Below the pieces are notes generated by a model, which saw only the letters and a program-made list of their open reading frames with translations, searched no databases and had not been told where the DNA came from. Below are positions 1-16,100 of a DNA stretch of 64,000 nt, piece by piece; the stretch's first letter is position 1; every line of letters begins with the position of its first letter. The stretch lies in NCBI RefSeq assembly GCF_000150275.1, contig NW_002060969.1:558001-622000 (forward strand), given 5' to 3'. Source of the stretch: Trichoplax adhaerens (Eukaryota > Animalia > Placozoa). The position numbers and the translations under genes are program-made.

Positions 1-3000
1 TTACCTACCTTCATTTACAGTTTGAACGTTAATCTTAATCAATAGAACGCAGGTAGGCAATTCGTTCCGTACTTTCAGTATGTATTGTATTTCAGATAAT
101 AAAAGATAAAGCAAGGGTGGAAAATTACGCTGATACTGAAGCTATTCATACGCCGGAGCAAATAAAAAATTTAAATCCAGAAAAACTTTCTGAATATTAC
201 AAGTTAAAGGCGGAAATTGCTAGGCGAGAAATGGCGAAAAAACCGCTCTCGGAATATGGTCAATCTAAAAGTAATTTTAATCATAGGATTACCAAATACG
301 TTTCAACCTGAATAGTATAACTTTTAAACTAATATTTTGAATGTTTTATTGTAGAGGGCTTGTTCGGTATTGAAACCAAAAGCAGTAATGATAAGTTGAA
401 AATGATTGACAGATATAGGTGTATAAATTTTAACTTTTGCAAAGGATAATTTAATCAATTGATATTAGTATTTTACCATTAATGTATGGTCCACTCCATG
501 AAGTTAATTGTCAATCGTCAATTAATTAATTATAGGAAAGATCGTCTTGCTTATCAGCGTTTAGAAACAAAAATCAAGCATGAGATTCAAAGATTGCAGA
601 GCTCAGTGAAAATTAAAGAAGCAAAATCGAACAAGCTTATTGAAAAACAGACAGTAAGATCGCTATAGTATTTATATACTGCAAAAAGACTTTATTATAA
701 CAATGCAGTAGCATACATAAGAGATTCTAAGCCTTGGACTATAACATTAGCAATTACAAGCGGCTATTAAGCAACATGAAAAGGAAATACTTGAAAAAAA
801 TGTGAAGGTATACATTTATTGTTTGGTAATGTGAAATGCGATATTTTTGAATGACTACTTAATTCCTAATATGACGAATAAATATTTATAGTTAGAACGA
901 ATTCAAAACTTTTCTATAAAATATATGGAATTGATTAAATCACTTGAATCAAAGCAACCTAAAGTAGCAGAAGATTTGAACAAGGGTAATAGTCGCGTAA
1001 CTGCTGGAGTGGAAGTTGGATCCAATAATAAAGCGGGTATTACCCCGCTAGCTAGTGAATACTGTAGTAGACTTACGAGTCTCTTAGACGAAGCAAATGA
1101 AATTGTCAATATACATTGGTTGCGCCAAATTGATGTAGAATTCTCATTCGTTCAGTTGAAGTTACCTATTTTTGAAATATTTGACCGACCTCTTGAGGTA
1201 ATAGCGAAGAATTTGATCACGTAATAAATAAATACTAAAATATCATTATTGTGTAATTGTATGTTTTGCTTGGTTTTTCACTTTTTCTCGATTAATTTTA
1301 GACATTAGTTGACATGTTAAATGTCGAAGAAATCGCAATCGCTGCACCTACTCGTATAGCATTTATCAAGAAAAGCCCGTATAGAAGCTCTCTAAAATGC
1401 TTTAGATCGTATAGATTTAGTCCTTATTTTCGTACTCAGAGCAAGTTATCTGTTATGTCGGAGTCTATTTCACACAAAATTGATCCGAGTCGAATCATCT
1501 GTCCCTTTGACCTTCAAGGTGTTTGCAACGATGACCAATGCAAATGGTAATCGTTCTTTACTCTTACTGTTATATAAAGGATTCGCTACGAAAGAATCAT
1601 TTGTTTTATCTTTTCAACTAGGCAACACCTTTCTACTTCTACTTTATCGGAACGAGAAATTTTAATGGATTTAGCTTCATATTGCTCATCTTTAACTAAA
1701 AATATTATGGAAGACACTATTACTACTACCGATAGCATTAGCAGATTCGTTTCTGATTGGTCACAAAAGTACAAAGTCCTAAATACAGAAGAAAAATGTT
1801 TACTTTTGATCAATCGAATTAATGAATCCAGGAGAAAGACATTATACCATATTTCTTTCCATGAACGTGCTTGGAATCCTATCAGCGGCTTTAGGGTGAT
1901 CCAAGGTTTTAACTTCTATTTTATAACAAAAGTTCTTTTTTTATGTGCCATGCAGTAGATTTGCGAATCATCTACTATCTATTTTCTGTATCAATTTAGT
2001 AAACTACTATTGTTGTGCTGTAGGGAATGTAGCCTCAGATTACACCAAATTTGTTCGGAGGATGCTGCATTCTACAAGCTCCATTTTTCCGATTACTTAC
2101 AAAAGTGAGGATTTTGATAATCTGCAAAATGTACGATATTTTCCAATATCAGCACTTACAGAGAACGTCAAGACTCCAGCTGAAAGACGTATTGATGATT
2201 GGATATGCTTAGCCGACTTAAAATTAAAAAAAAATGATTTAGAAGGTTGCCAAAATGTTTTAAGCCATGGCTTAGAAGCTTATAAAGAGTCTGAGGTAGT
2301 ATTGCAATCACTAATTATACTTCGCCTAGAAAACTAATGTAGGCCTTTAATGGACTAATTTATGATCGTATAGGAGCTATGGATTCGCTATCTGAGAGTT
2401 CATACGAGATTAAAGCAAGCGCAGAATGCTCTATCTTCGATGCAACTGATTAATTTATTTAATAGAACTACCGAATATTGCTTATCTTATAATATAATGT
2501 GGCAATGTTTACGTATATCTTCATCTTACGATTTAAAGTTGAAAGTATTAGATGATATCATGCTCTTTTTAAAATCTGATACCAGTGATAAATCTGTCCG
2601 TTCACATCGTTTTGTCGAAAGTATTCTGTATCGGATTCAATTAGAAATTTTAACGGGTAGAACAGGAGCAGGGAAATTACTGAAGGTATAATGCTAGAGT
2701 ACTATAATGTCAGATCGTTAAATATTAATTAATGTAATTTATATATTTAACTTTTTAACCTAGGCCTTTATTAATCGGGATGGTGATGATACTATTATAC
2801 ACTTTCTGACACCGAATGATCGATGCTTCATTTGGCTCTGCTTTATTTATTTGCAATACATTAAAACCCTTCCTTCATCAATTTTTGGTACATTGAATGG
2901 AGTTCCTGGTGAATTAGTGTGCAAGGTATGTTATCAGCGTAAAATTTTTTTGATATATAAGTGAATATTTCTTGCAAATTCGCTTCTAGGACTGCTTTTA

Positions 3001-5455
3001 TATTCCGTGGCGAAATATTGTGGATATTGACTATGAATCTGTTTTGAAACTTTTTCAAAGTATGGATGTGAGGATGTGCTCCATTGCTCTATAGTGCTAA
3101 TTCTTAACGTTACTAACAAAATTTACCCCTTCACGTATTTAATCAATCTTTTAGTGGGCCTTAAGGCTTCTTCTAATGATTTAAATAAAGTTTCACGTGA
3201 CGCTTCTACTTGCCTTCCGTTACATATTAACCTTCTGTATTTTCTGTATTCATGCAATAGGTACGCTAAAATCGACTTGCAATATTCTCTTTTAATTCTC
3301 GCATACGTCTCAAAGATTTTTCTCTTTAATCAAATGTTAGGGTTGACAAAGCACTCCAGCTGTGTTGGCGTCTACTAGAATCAAATGAAAGCGTGCTTGA
3401 TCTATGGCATGTTTATCTGTACTTACTTCGAATGAAGAACCTTTCTGATGTTGAAACGTCTTTTTACGTAAACCAGGTAAATAAGTAGTTACCCTAGTAT
3501 TGGTATTGTATAATATTAACAATGATGAACTTTATCTATTCTTTTAATAGTGTTGATCTCTTACATTTTTAAATCATCCAGGTATTTAATAGAGCTAGTA
3601 AAGCTATGCCTGGTCACTCAAAGATATATTACATACTAGGAAAGTTTTATTTTATGCAGGTACAAGATTACATATTTAGGGTTTACTACATTATGAACCT
3701 TTTCTTATACCCCTTGATCGAAATTTTTAGAAAAATTTGAGCGAGGCACTAAGATATCTTCGATTGTGCGCTGTATCGAAATATACTGTAAATAATTCGA
3801 ACGAATCGGTATGATCCTCAGGACCTGAATCTTTAACTTTTCAAGATGTATTGATATTTCGTTGTAATGTCATTGCCTCCTTGATCTAAACGCTTTCAGT
3901 ATTCTTATTAATACCAGTCTTTTTTCAGTCGTGTGATGTCTTGGATGTTCATGCGCTTTATAAAAAGCTGCTTGGACTACCTTTGCCATACAACTATCGT
4001 CTTCCAGATTCTGCAATGAAAATTGAAAATCCAGATACCCAAAATGACTTACTATATATTTGGCTTTGTTACTGGTACAGTACATTAGATGAGTTTAACG
4101 TTTCTGTATTCATTAAGTACTCTTAATCATTGCAAGTATTATTAAATTATTAAATATTATGTATCCTGTCTTGTTTAGCCTCTTGTTAGAAATTGAATCT
4201 GTTGAAGATCAATATATATGCGACGTTTTTGAGGATTCTATCGTAAAAACTATGGCTCTCGAAAACAAGAAAGAATTATGGTTGGAATATATGTACTTTC
4301 TTATGCGATCGCTATCTAAATGTTCAAGCGAAGAAGATTTTGGTAAACGTTTGAAGGTAAGGATTACCGTCAGGTTATTTATCCCTGAGTAATATGTGAT
4401 TAAGGATTATACTGTATATCATCTTTTTCTAGGATATGATCAAGAAGTGCTGGCGATGTGTTGTAGTTTCTTGTCCACATTCTCGCTCTTCACCTTATCG
4501 AAATGGTTCAAAGTGGAACGACTTTCGTTTTTGTAATCGGGTATTAATCACTTTACAGCGTCTGCCATTTAATCAGATAAGATTATTGATGTACTGTATA
4601 TATAGTAATGTATTCTTTATTCTGTAAGTAATTTGAAGTGCGAAATAATTTTAGCTTTAGGAGTAATTGTTAAACTATTACATTACTAGATTTTATCTTT
4701 GCTGATTATCTGTTTACCGAATTCCTTGTTCACGCATTGTGTGGAAAGGTTTCTTTCCACCATGCCACAAAATGCTGGTTTAGTAATCAGGTTAGCAATA
4801 TACATACACAGTTTCGTTATTGATGCCTAACGATGATCTTGTGATGCTTTGCACTGACGCTTGTGTAAAAAGGTTATTAAAGGAACTAGAGTTAGCAAAA
4901 TCGCATCTTCTGGATAAAACTATCCTTACATCTTTGCTGCTTAAAAATCCGGAATGTTTACCAGTGTGGCGAATGTACATATATCGTACTTAATGTTAGG
5001 AAATCATTCATGTCTTTAGTTGTAAAGTAAAGTTATTTTCTGTTGCAGAATTATTACATTTGAAGTTCAACATGGTCGCGTTAATCAGGTCTACAATTAG
5101 TTCTAGTTATTTCTAAAATAATGTATTTATACCTATCGTATTGGCTTAAGCGGTATGGACTTATTACTCTACCATGACTAATGCTGACAGTTTCGTGCAT
5201 CTTTAGGCGCGATGGTTATATCAACAAGCCACTGAAGCAGTACCTTTATCGGCAATACTCTGGAGAGAGGTATACATGAAAAGCTCTTTTTTGCAAGGAA
5301 GAAGGTGACTTTCTATCTTGTTTTACTTGTTGTAGTACATACAGTTCGAGGTACAACACGAGAATTTTCAGGCTATTGAAGATGCTATCGAAAAGTGTAA
5401 ACATCATGGCGTTTGCTTAGGAGATTTAAATACAACCTACAGCTTACTGAAGTAA
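1..5455 (+). CDS. ZFC3H1: Zinc finger C3H1 domain-containing protein (PAXT/nuclear exosome adaptor, Red1-like); multi-exon, 5' end lies upstream of the window
   Basis: Exon ~1302-1546 encodes YRSSLKCFRSYRFSPYFRT...SHKIDPSRIICPFDLQGVCNDDQCKW(QHL), the zf-C3H1 signature. Coiled-coil exons precede it and HAT/TPR-like helical exons follow (ELWIRYLR, ELWLEYMYF, LYQQATEAVPLSAILWRE). Stop TAA at 5453-5455. Confidence 0.85.
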
Positions 5456-7198
5456 GCAAAACTACTACAGTCCTGACGATTGTTCTAATATCTACGGTCT
5501 TTTCCCAATTTTTCAATTTGTTATCTTCATTTCCGTTGCAGATCAATAACCACCTGATATAAAATGATATTATGCACTACCGTCCACTGCCCATAACGGA
5601 GAGTGTTCTAGTTCAATAATTGAATCTTCATAAAATTAATTTATATAATAATTTTGAAGCTACTAATCTTTAATAATTTTATTAATTCAGGTGAAACTTA
5701 GTCAGTGATTCCGTGAAATATTTATATTAATGATTTGACTGCTTGCTATTTTCAACAACCAATGAAGAAATCATTTCATACTATGGATAATCAGATTATA
5801 TCAATTATGGCTGCTGTAGGATGTAGCAAGAAAAATTTAGCTTGGCATCTACGGAATACATAATTTAAAACGTTTCACTGAAAACATAACAGCTCGTTTC
5901 TTCACGAAGTCTAAATTTTTGCGATCATCATATCAGCCAATTTGGCTTTAAGCGAATCTATCAAGACATGGGAAATACACATAATTGAGTAGTTTTATCA
6001 ATAATGCGATCTGCCAAGCTATAAATAGTTTCACAGTCGTTGAAACTAATTGTATTTCATTTGTAAAGTTTGCGCAGACCAAAGTGATGGAAATATAATA
6101 AAAAATGTTTTATTCCGAAACAGCTAGTAAATAGTTTCACATTTATTGAAAGAATTTAACATGCAATCCTTTGGCAGTCTTAATTCACGTCTTTAAACTT
6201 TGCGTTAAATTAATTTCATACCGCGCACGTAACGTTTTCATTAAATTTAGATTTAACTAATTCGGCAATACACAGTATGTTCATGTCTTAGATAAGAGTC
6301 TCAACTACACTACACTCGAGAGTAGTTGTCACGAAAATTCAATTCATTCTCTTCAACCTCTACCGTTTAATAGTTTACCTGATTTGATACTGTAAAACAC
6401 GAGCGTGCATGATATATTTACTTATAAATAACTACATTTCTTCAGATTAAGGACCGAAAGATAAGTCTAATTTCCGATTCTGAAATGCTACTAAGCGATG
6501 ATTTTATATAATGTAATCGTAAATGAATAACTGGCTAGGCTATGGTTTGGAACGTGATGGGCTAATGTGATTGATATTCTTTGTAGATAAACCTATGATA
6601 TCTAGAAGTTATAACAATAGCTAGTGATTAAGGTCATTATCACTTCATCGCTTCTTACAAATATGTTTTCAAATATGCGCGCTAGAACGATTTATGAATA
6701 GTATTACGATAATGCTTATTTTAATATCAAATAGTTAATTCCTTACAATACATGATGCTGTACAATAACTTCCACATCGTTACCACCTTCTATCATACTA
6801 TACATTACTGTACTATTATCCTGGCACAAATAAATATTATTAAGAGGAAATTAATTTGGCAGGAAACAACGAACAATACAATCGGTGGCATGATGGACGA
6901 ATGTTGCAAGTTTTGAATTGACTACAATCCTAATAATCTAAAAGTATTCGTCAACCATATGAACAGCAATATAAACCAATAAATGTAAATAATTTCAATT
7001 ATAATTAATTAACCAAGTTGTAAACACGCTATTCTGTGTTGTATGCTGCTTAGCTAGTAATGCGTTGACAGTGAAAAAAGAAAAGATAATCTTTCAAAGA
7101 CCAAGACTGCAGTGTAATCAATTACCTGACGAGCGTTAAGTTTTTCATAAACACGATATCTATAACATTTCGTATTTATCACGATCACGGAATTCGAC

Positions 7199-10100
7199 TC
7201 ATTTTACTATAGGACAATTCTGAGAGTTACAGGGTTCCACTTCGACTACAATTGGACATCTCGATTCGCCTTCAGGTGGCATTACTACGATATCTCTTTT
7301 TCTAGTCCGGAAACCTCTACCACAAGTTTTACTGCATGTGCTCCATGTTGTCCATTCATTAACTTGACATTTAACTATAAATTGAATAGATGTCTTCATT
7401 TAATACCGTGGTTATACAAGCAAGGATACGATAAAGAGAGACCTCTATTATACATTTAACGACCATATGTATATATGAGATTACAGAACTTTTTAAATTA
7501 ATTATTTTTTTATCCGTAGTAATATCAGTAAAGATGATTCTACCTTTTCCGCATTCAGGCAATTTACAAAGCTTTCTTTGATCTAAAACAGGGCACGGCG
7601 GACGTCCATTGGCGTTTGGTTTTTGATTCCGAAATCTATATTTATATCCTTTGCCGCAAGTTCTTGTACATTCCGACCATGGACTCCATTGCATACAATT
7701 AATTAGTTCTTCTGTTGTTTATAAAGATGTATTAAAAATAATCAAATAAAGGACTCGGATTTATATTATACTATACCTGGACATTTATATTTGCATCGTT
7801 TAGTCTGTTTTAACGCCGGACAAGGTTTACCGCCATTACTAGCTGGTCGCTCTACGGTTCTCGTCCTGGTTTTATTAAAATTTGCATTGCAAATTCGAGG
7901 ACAACTGCTCCAGGTTCCCCATTCTGAGACTATGCATTTTACTGGCTCTGAAGGTGATATTGGTAGGTAGGAAATATGAATACTACTAAAATTCGATTTA
8001 CCTAATAAGCTGTTTTTTAAGAATAACCTTTTGGTTGAGGATAACTTACTACATTTATCTAGACATGCTTCATCGAATGCTTTGCTCTCTTCAAGATTAG
8101 GACATTTTTTTCCATTATTTTGAGGCTGTTGTAAAATTGCTCTCTTTCTTGTAGTATGTGTCGTGTTGCAAGAGCAAGGAGACCATTCTGTCCATTCTGA
8201 TACGACACAATCTTTAATTGCTTTATAGTAGCAGTAAGAATACATCCACTGTTTATCGTACGGTAATATTAATTCAGTGATGGTTTACAGTAGAACTACA
8301 ATCAGAGTTATCCAGAATTTAAACTAACGCTTGCTGTTCTTACTGTTGATGATATCATATTGATAAATCACTTACAGCACCTATCGATGCATTCTTTATT
8401 ATGTTGGATTATTTCTTTGGTTGGCGGGCACTTCATTTTAAGTCCTGCTTTGATAATATGCCTTGTTCTACTTTTAAGCTGTTGCGCTAGTGTATCGCAT
8501 ATAGTTGGACATGGTGTCCACTGCGACCATTCGGTCACTTTACATGCAGTTCCTGATTGTAGAAAGTAATAATTTAATTAAATAATGTAACTAATAAAAA
8601 ATTTCGATTCATAAAAATAGAATGCTACTAATAGCCACAAATCTTCTATGTTAGTTTTCCATTCTTAAGTGTCATCGGACGATAAATGTTCTAAATCCTT
8701 ACTTTACATGTAATTACCTTCGGTTGGGCATGGTGCTGTTAAGCAGCTTTGTGTTTGAATTAAGATAGGACATTGATTTAAATTTAAATTTGGGTTTCCT
8801 ATAATATGGCGGTGACGCCTTCTTTGGCCGGCACCACAAGAAGCAGAGCAAGAACTCCATTTAGTCCACTGACTCACCGTACAGCGATCACGTACTAAAA
8901 AATTGAGGGAAAAAATGATATAAATATATATACTCCGCTACATTAACATAATATTGCCATCAGTTTCGTATAAACTTTACATTTACAATAAATTTGTCAG
9001 ACTAACAACCTAAATGATGGAATGATTGTTTGTGACACAATCGCAAAATGGGATTAAAAGTGACTTGGTTCAACTGCACATACACATATGAATTTATTGT
9101 ATTAAATAGTAGTAAATAAATAGTGATATACACTGGAAGTTTAACCGTTACATGATACAAAAAGTGATAAGCTTTTTATAATTTCATAATACGCAAAAGA
9201 TTTTCGATGACAATAGTAATTATAATTAATCTTTATGGACTTTACAACTAGACAAATACAGATGGTTATAATCTTATTGCAGTTTTTAGGGATCTGGTTG
9301 CCTTACATTTTCGTATGTCAGATTCTAAGCTATTCTTACCATATTTATTGCGCTTAGTTATTACAATAATGATAATAATTAAATGTGCGAGTATAATATT
9401 GTATGATATCAATATTAATCGTAAATAAAGAGGCTACCTGAAATTTCAACGGTTCGTGTACAAGTTGCTGTAGATATTTTCTCAAAAGTAATTTGAGCAA
9501 AAGGTGGTATGGATGAATGCGCTCCATTAACATAAAATGGCGAGCTAGAATTATTAGAGAATAGCGCAGTAATTTTTTGAACAGTTTTTTGTGGTTCCGT
9601 TGGATGATTAGGGCTAGTATAAGAAATGCCATCGTCAGTCCCTGCGTCAAGTAACGTTAAGTTTACGATCAAGCTGTCTCTCCAATTACAGTCACTTTTA
9701 CAAAGGTCTAAGGAGTCCATTCCAACAAACCAATCTGGGCTTGGAGATATCTTGCGAACAAACGAAACAAGGTGGTGCATCTGATCGACGGTAAAACTGA
9801 CGGCTTCAGTTTGATGTATGTCAAAGTTGCTGCGAATCGTGAAGTAATCAAAAACTCGCCTATTTTTATTGCTGATAATATCCCGTAACAACTTGGCTGT
9901 AAATAAATTATTAGAAAATAAATTACTTTTACATCACCAAACAATCGATTTTCCTAAAAATGGTTCGTACCTTGTACTTTACATTAATTTTACTGTGAAG
10001 TCTTTCAACGGGATAATTACTACTCACTACTCTTACCTTCGATAGATGATAAATTTATTAAGCCAATTACGGTTGGTTTTATTATTACAACAGAAATACA

Positions 10101-13100
10101 GTATTACCAATGATAATAAAATGATGAATTGAAGCCTTTCGGTGTATTACAAGAATGCGACAACAAATAACAATCCGTCATAGATAGTAATTTATGGCGC
10201 ACTTTTGATATACAAATAGGTCATGTTAATCTTCTTGTATTAGAGTATAGTGGTTGTTCATCCGATAATATGTGATAGTAATGTAAGTGTCGCATTATAA
10301 GCCCTTTTCACGCTTTTTCGAAAACTTACCCGCAAAATCCCATTCAGCGGCCTCCTTCATAAATGTACTAACGATGGTGTTGTAGTGATATAGGTAGAAA
10401 GTTTGAGAGTGTGTAGCACCTATTAGATTGCCCCAGCGTGGAAAGGAACGAGTTGGAAAATCTTTTGGATGAGTTTCTTTATTCCATATTCCTTTAAATT
10501 TCATAGAGTAAGTTGCAGGTCCACAGGCGCAACAGGTCGTTCCAGCTGATAGAAACAAGTGTAGCGATTTAATCATAATATGAGTATATCTTATAAATGA
10601 TATAGTATTTATAAAAGTGACCAGACAAATATTGAGTACTAAATTTTACCTCTTTGGCAAATTTCTAATCTCAATTTACCGTCATCTTTAAACCACTGCG
10701 GCATAGTCTGAACGACAGTTGCCCTGTTATATCAAAATACAATTTCAGTATCGGTAAAGTATGAAGTACATTTCGGGAATAGGATAGATATCTGTTACGG
10801 TGTCGTTTCACCATAAAGAAGTTAGTGATGTTTCATAGCGTAACTTTACATAGATTACGAGATAGTTCATATTTTAGACGTCTTGTAGTTTAACATATGA
10901 TTGTGACTGATTCATATTAGATTACATGTTATTACTTGACAGATTCTGTAAATGGATATATAGAAATCTGAATATCTTGTGTTAGGCATCGGAACTTGAG
11001 TACTTAAATACCGTACGCCATATTAATTAGCTTTTTAGATATAAATCTACCGCCTGATTTACAGGCGCTATTAATACCAGCTATAACTTCTAGCAACTGT
11101 AGAAAAGTATGTAAGCCCGGAATTTTATAGAATAAAGTTAGTTCTTTAATTTATTGTTTAATATGAAATTATAACCTATAAATCACTGAGAATTAGTAGA
11201 ATTAACGATAAGTGCTCCCAAGCGTTTCTTAGACAGATTTAAGTGCCCTGATACGTGGTTCAGGGAGAAGATTTGTAGATTTAGAGTTTTCGTTGTTTCT
11301 TACATACGTAGCTGTTTCGTGATAAAATCATGTTCATATATCGGTTTATTAAAATTATAATTATAGTTTACGCTCATCAATCATGGACTACAGAATCAAT
11401 AAATAGCAGTATATGCGGCTGATTTAAACTGCTAATAAGCAAAATCTGACATATCTTTGGTACTTTGCTATGTTCTTTGTTATCAGGCTTAAATCTATCC
11501 ACAATTATAAGCATTTATCTAGAGTATAATGACCCGGAAAGTTTCTTTTAATGCGTATTGATACTAGATAGAGAAGGTTTTGTAACGAAGATGTAATATT
11601 AAATATGAGAATATCTATTATTATTCTTCATTATAAAATTGTTGGAATAGTTACTATTAATAGCATTGCTAATACAATAAATCTTGCCAAGTAATGCAAT
11701 TTACTTAGAAATCTCTCTTAAGATTGTTACCATAGGCTTGTAGTTGATAAATAATTTTCGGTCTTTTAAAATAAGCTTTTGGTAAATATGCCATTAATCG
11801 TTATGTCACAATATCATAACATCAGTTAAACAACTAGATGTACGTACATTTTCGGGTAAATATAATTACAGAACATGTAAACTAATCCTTCTTGTATTTA
11901 TGTTGTCTTTTGTAAGAACACAGCTACATTAATTTGCATTAAGAATATGATCGCAAGTTCTGCCATATTTGATTAACACCTGAAACTACAATATTTGTTA
12001 GGATCTCAAACTAGATTCAATATTGGTATTTGCATAGAAAATAGAGTATTAAAGATATTTTGTAAAGACAACATGCTAAACAAATAATAATCTTAGAACA
12101 TCGGGCTGATCTAGTATGGATCTTGAGGTTGGGCGAATATGAAGGCAATTGCATTACAAAAGAATGAGGGATAAGATTTAATTTAATATATTAACTTAAA
12201 AAACGAAATAAAGTATTAGTTACACCACTATGGAGTATAAGTTGTTTAATATTAGAGCATTTTCAGTCTGCGAACTTTCATGTTACGTATTTTTAGCCTA
12301 TTACTTTACTTCAGGTTCATACGAAGTTTAATATATAATGTGAATATATATATACCATTTATATAAGATCAGGCATTCGGAAATAATTTTGCTACCTCAT
12401 CTTATTGAGGAGTAAAAGATATTTCGATTAGTTCTCTTACCGAAAAATTATGCAACCGCTCCCATTTTTAGGTGCTATCCATTTAAATTTAACGAAATAT
12501 TTGTCTCGGTTATTGCAATGAGAAATCAAGTTGATGCATCCATGGACATTCTTGCCTGCACATTGTCCATCGTCAGAAATCGGCTGCAATTCCCCTGAGG
12601 GCATATTTGCCGCTATATTGGTAGCTTCAATGGCATATCCACGAAAGGTACGTCCGTTACCCATAAGGAATACTAGAAAGATACATTTATGATATCTTAT
12701 CTCTGGCCAGTACCATTTACAATAGTGATTTACTTATTGTAGAAGCAAATGCTGTCGCTATTTATATAATAGATTATCAAATTTTCCATCTCTTATTTAT
12801 AAATTACGAAAAATTTCATGGTTCTAATTTTTATAAACACACTCTCTCAAAATAATCATTTCCGTCAGTAGTTAATATTGAATCAGTGCGCTAATATCGA
12901 CTTTAGATATTAAATATCATTATACAATTAGCTGTAGCTACTTCTCAGATTAATAAATTTAAAAGATCATGATTCCACATATATCATATTACGAATTTAT
13001 CGTCTTTAGAATAGCAACAATGCAAAATGCTTTGCATCGTCTCTCTACCATAAATTTCAAATCTGATAACAAATACAAGTATACAGAATTATAACGGGTT

Positions 13101-16100
13101 TCGATAGCATGACTGTATCTGATGCGGTGAGATTTATATGATATCAGATCAGTTTATAAATAATTATACTGATCGATCAAAAATGTCGTATAAATTTTCA
13201 TTTTCAGCTAATTGAGGCCGTTGGGGAATAATAAAATAGTATTAAATTTCTGAGAAGAGGCTATAAATAATCATAATGATTTACTGCAAGTTAGCATCCT
13301 TCGAATACTATTGTCTCCGTGCGCGAATATAGCAAATATTTTGTTTTAATTAATTCAGAGCTATTAAGCATCTTATTATCTAATAATATAATCCTTCAAT
13401 TATTGGAATTCTATCTATTAGATACAAACAGAAATAATTTTGATTAATGCTATAGATCATAACTAAATTAAATTTTATGTTATTGTTGATGTCAATACGG
13501 TAGATAATTTGACTCATACTACATTAGTTTATTGAAACATGCATCATGCCTTCACAACTATGATCGAAGTTTTACCAAGCTTTATGCAGTATTAAATTTG
13601 TACTTACGAGAACTAATTGGTGTCATCACTTTTAGTAGAAAGAAATTATTTATGTTTTACTATAGTTATAAATTAGGATGTACAAGACTTGTATAATATT
13701 GCTTTTAATAGGTACATAGTATCAAGGTAAAGTGATACTATAGTAACGCGATATTCTAGGAATTTTCATAATTTATGTATTTCAATAGATCTTAAACCAG
13801 TGTAAATTACCTAATAATCTTTATCATCCCGTGATAAAATGATTTTTACGTAGTCATATGCAATTTGCTAGCAATCAGTTTTATAAGTACGGTACACCAA
13901 GACAAGACAATAGCCATTTCAAAATTTCCTTTAAAGACTCTTAGATGAATTTAAATTGTTTCATGGCTTAGCAAGTATATGTACTAAAATATTTCCTAGC
14001 ATACTGTAATGTAAATATATAGTGATAAAATTACGCTATAATTTGTCAGCTACGTCCTATTACATTATCACCACCTTTACCTTTGCAAATAGCAGAATAT
14101 CTCATCCCTATCTAAGTTAACATTAATTTTTAAAGAATTTTCCTTCGTTGTTAGTTTAATGTATAGTTTTTAACCTAAAATATCTCCACCTTTACCTTTA
14201 CAAATGGCAAAATATCTCATTACTACCTAAATTAACATTAATTTTTTAAGAATACTTTTTCTTTGTTAGTTAAATGCATAGTTAGTAACGCAAAAATTCA
14301 TTAAGAGCTAAGATTTATGCAGTAAATCCCAGCAAAAAAAGATTTTAAATAAAAAATGTAGCAGTTAAAATTATTATGAAACTAAGTGAAAGCGTTGGAA
14401 AATTAAATATTTGATGTCTAACAAGGAATGCGAGAAGATATATGTATTTTGATCTAAGTACTCAATTAGGCAGATTATTGAATATAGCATTTACGCATAA
14501 TGGCCTTTACTATTTCAGGCGTTTTTGTATTGTAATAGAAATTACTGTTTTCGTACACTAAACTCTCAACTTTAACCCATTCAATGATATTTACTTGATC
14601 TAAAACATAATCGTGAAAAATAAATTAGCATCAGAGGTGATTTTAAATCTCCTATTTTTGAAGATAGCACCTTATGATTGCTAAATGTTAAAATTTTCAG
14701 ATTTATTAAATCGATCAATTGAAGAATTGTACCACTGTACATCATCATTAAATGTTTTTATTTTATGCTTTCAACTACAATAAGATTATATAATAGTATT
14801 GTATTTTTAGTACATTACATCAATGAAAGTGATTCAAATTGAATCATGTGTTGCATTTAAATGGTGAAACTAACGTATTATTTCTTGTAAATTAAAACGA
14901 TTTCCAACCAATATATGAGCTAGATCGACTATCAAATATTAAAAACAACTTTTCGTTTCAAAAACTTAGTCGGGAGCAAGTACAGGTATCATTGTAGGAT
15001 TTTATTCGATCACTCTGTCTAATTAACATATACAGGAATCAGTACAAGATATCGCTTTAGACAGCATACGTGTAAGCTAGAGTAATTCTAATTGAAAGCT
15101 TAAAAATCTATAATACAGTAAGTAAAGGTTCGCTGCCCTTTTGAGTCTAATATTTAGAAAGGTCATAGTTTACCATTTATAGTAAGGGTGGTCAGATAGA
15201 AGACTAAGATGCAGCAGTCTATCGCAAAATATACTCTAATATAATGAATAGAATACATCCAAAGGAATAATCAGAACCGATTTTTATACGACATTAAAAT
15301 AGTTTTATAAATGTTTAGGTATAATTTGTATTTTATAGAAATAAAGCGTTTTATTGGTAGTAAAAAAACAGCATAGAAAATATGCACCACGCACGGTAAC
15401 AGTACTGTAGAATCACAATTTAGTTGTGGCATAGTATTACAACTGGAGCTGATATTTGTCAGGATGATCTTATAATAACAAATTTCTTGGATATGAGCCA
15501 AGCCATCTTTAATACTAGTATTTTATGTCCTTCAAAATCATAGTTAAATGCGAATGTAAAAGAAAAACCTCATGAAAAGCACTGTAATTTACCTAAATTA
15601 AGACTGCATCACTGGAATTGCAATCATTCATTTTACTAAGCAGGTAAGACTAAATCGACTACGGTGTGTTATAACAGCGAATACATCAATGTCCGAAGTC
15701 TTTAACTTAGCAGCATATAACCAATTGAAGATTGTAACGACTAAAGATAGGCTTTTGAGTAGACATTTAGTGTCCCTAAAATTAGATGTTATCTTCATTT
15801 ATGACAAGTGAAGAGTCAGAATGGTTGAAAACTGTAATTGAAACTTTCATTAACTCTACAAATAAGTTTGATAGTACGTAAGGAGTCATAACAGACTTAC
15901 TAATAAATTTTAAATTGGCTATCTATTGAAGATATTACTCTATTTCAATCAATGTGTAACATATCATTAATCTGATAAACAAGCTGATTTTACTAAAATT
16001 TAAAATTTTAGCTTGCGTAAGACACGTGTGCGATCAATATTGAAATCGAACCCAAATAGTTTTTAAGGAGATTAAATGGACTAATTAAATTAGCCAAAAT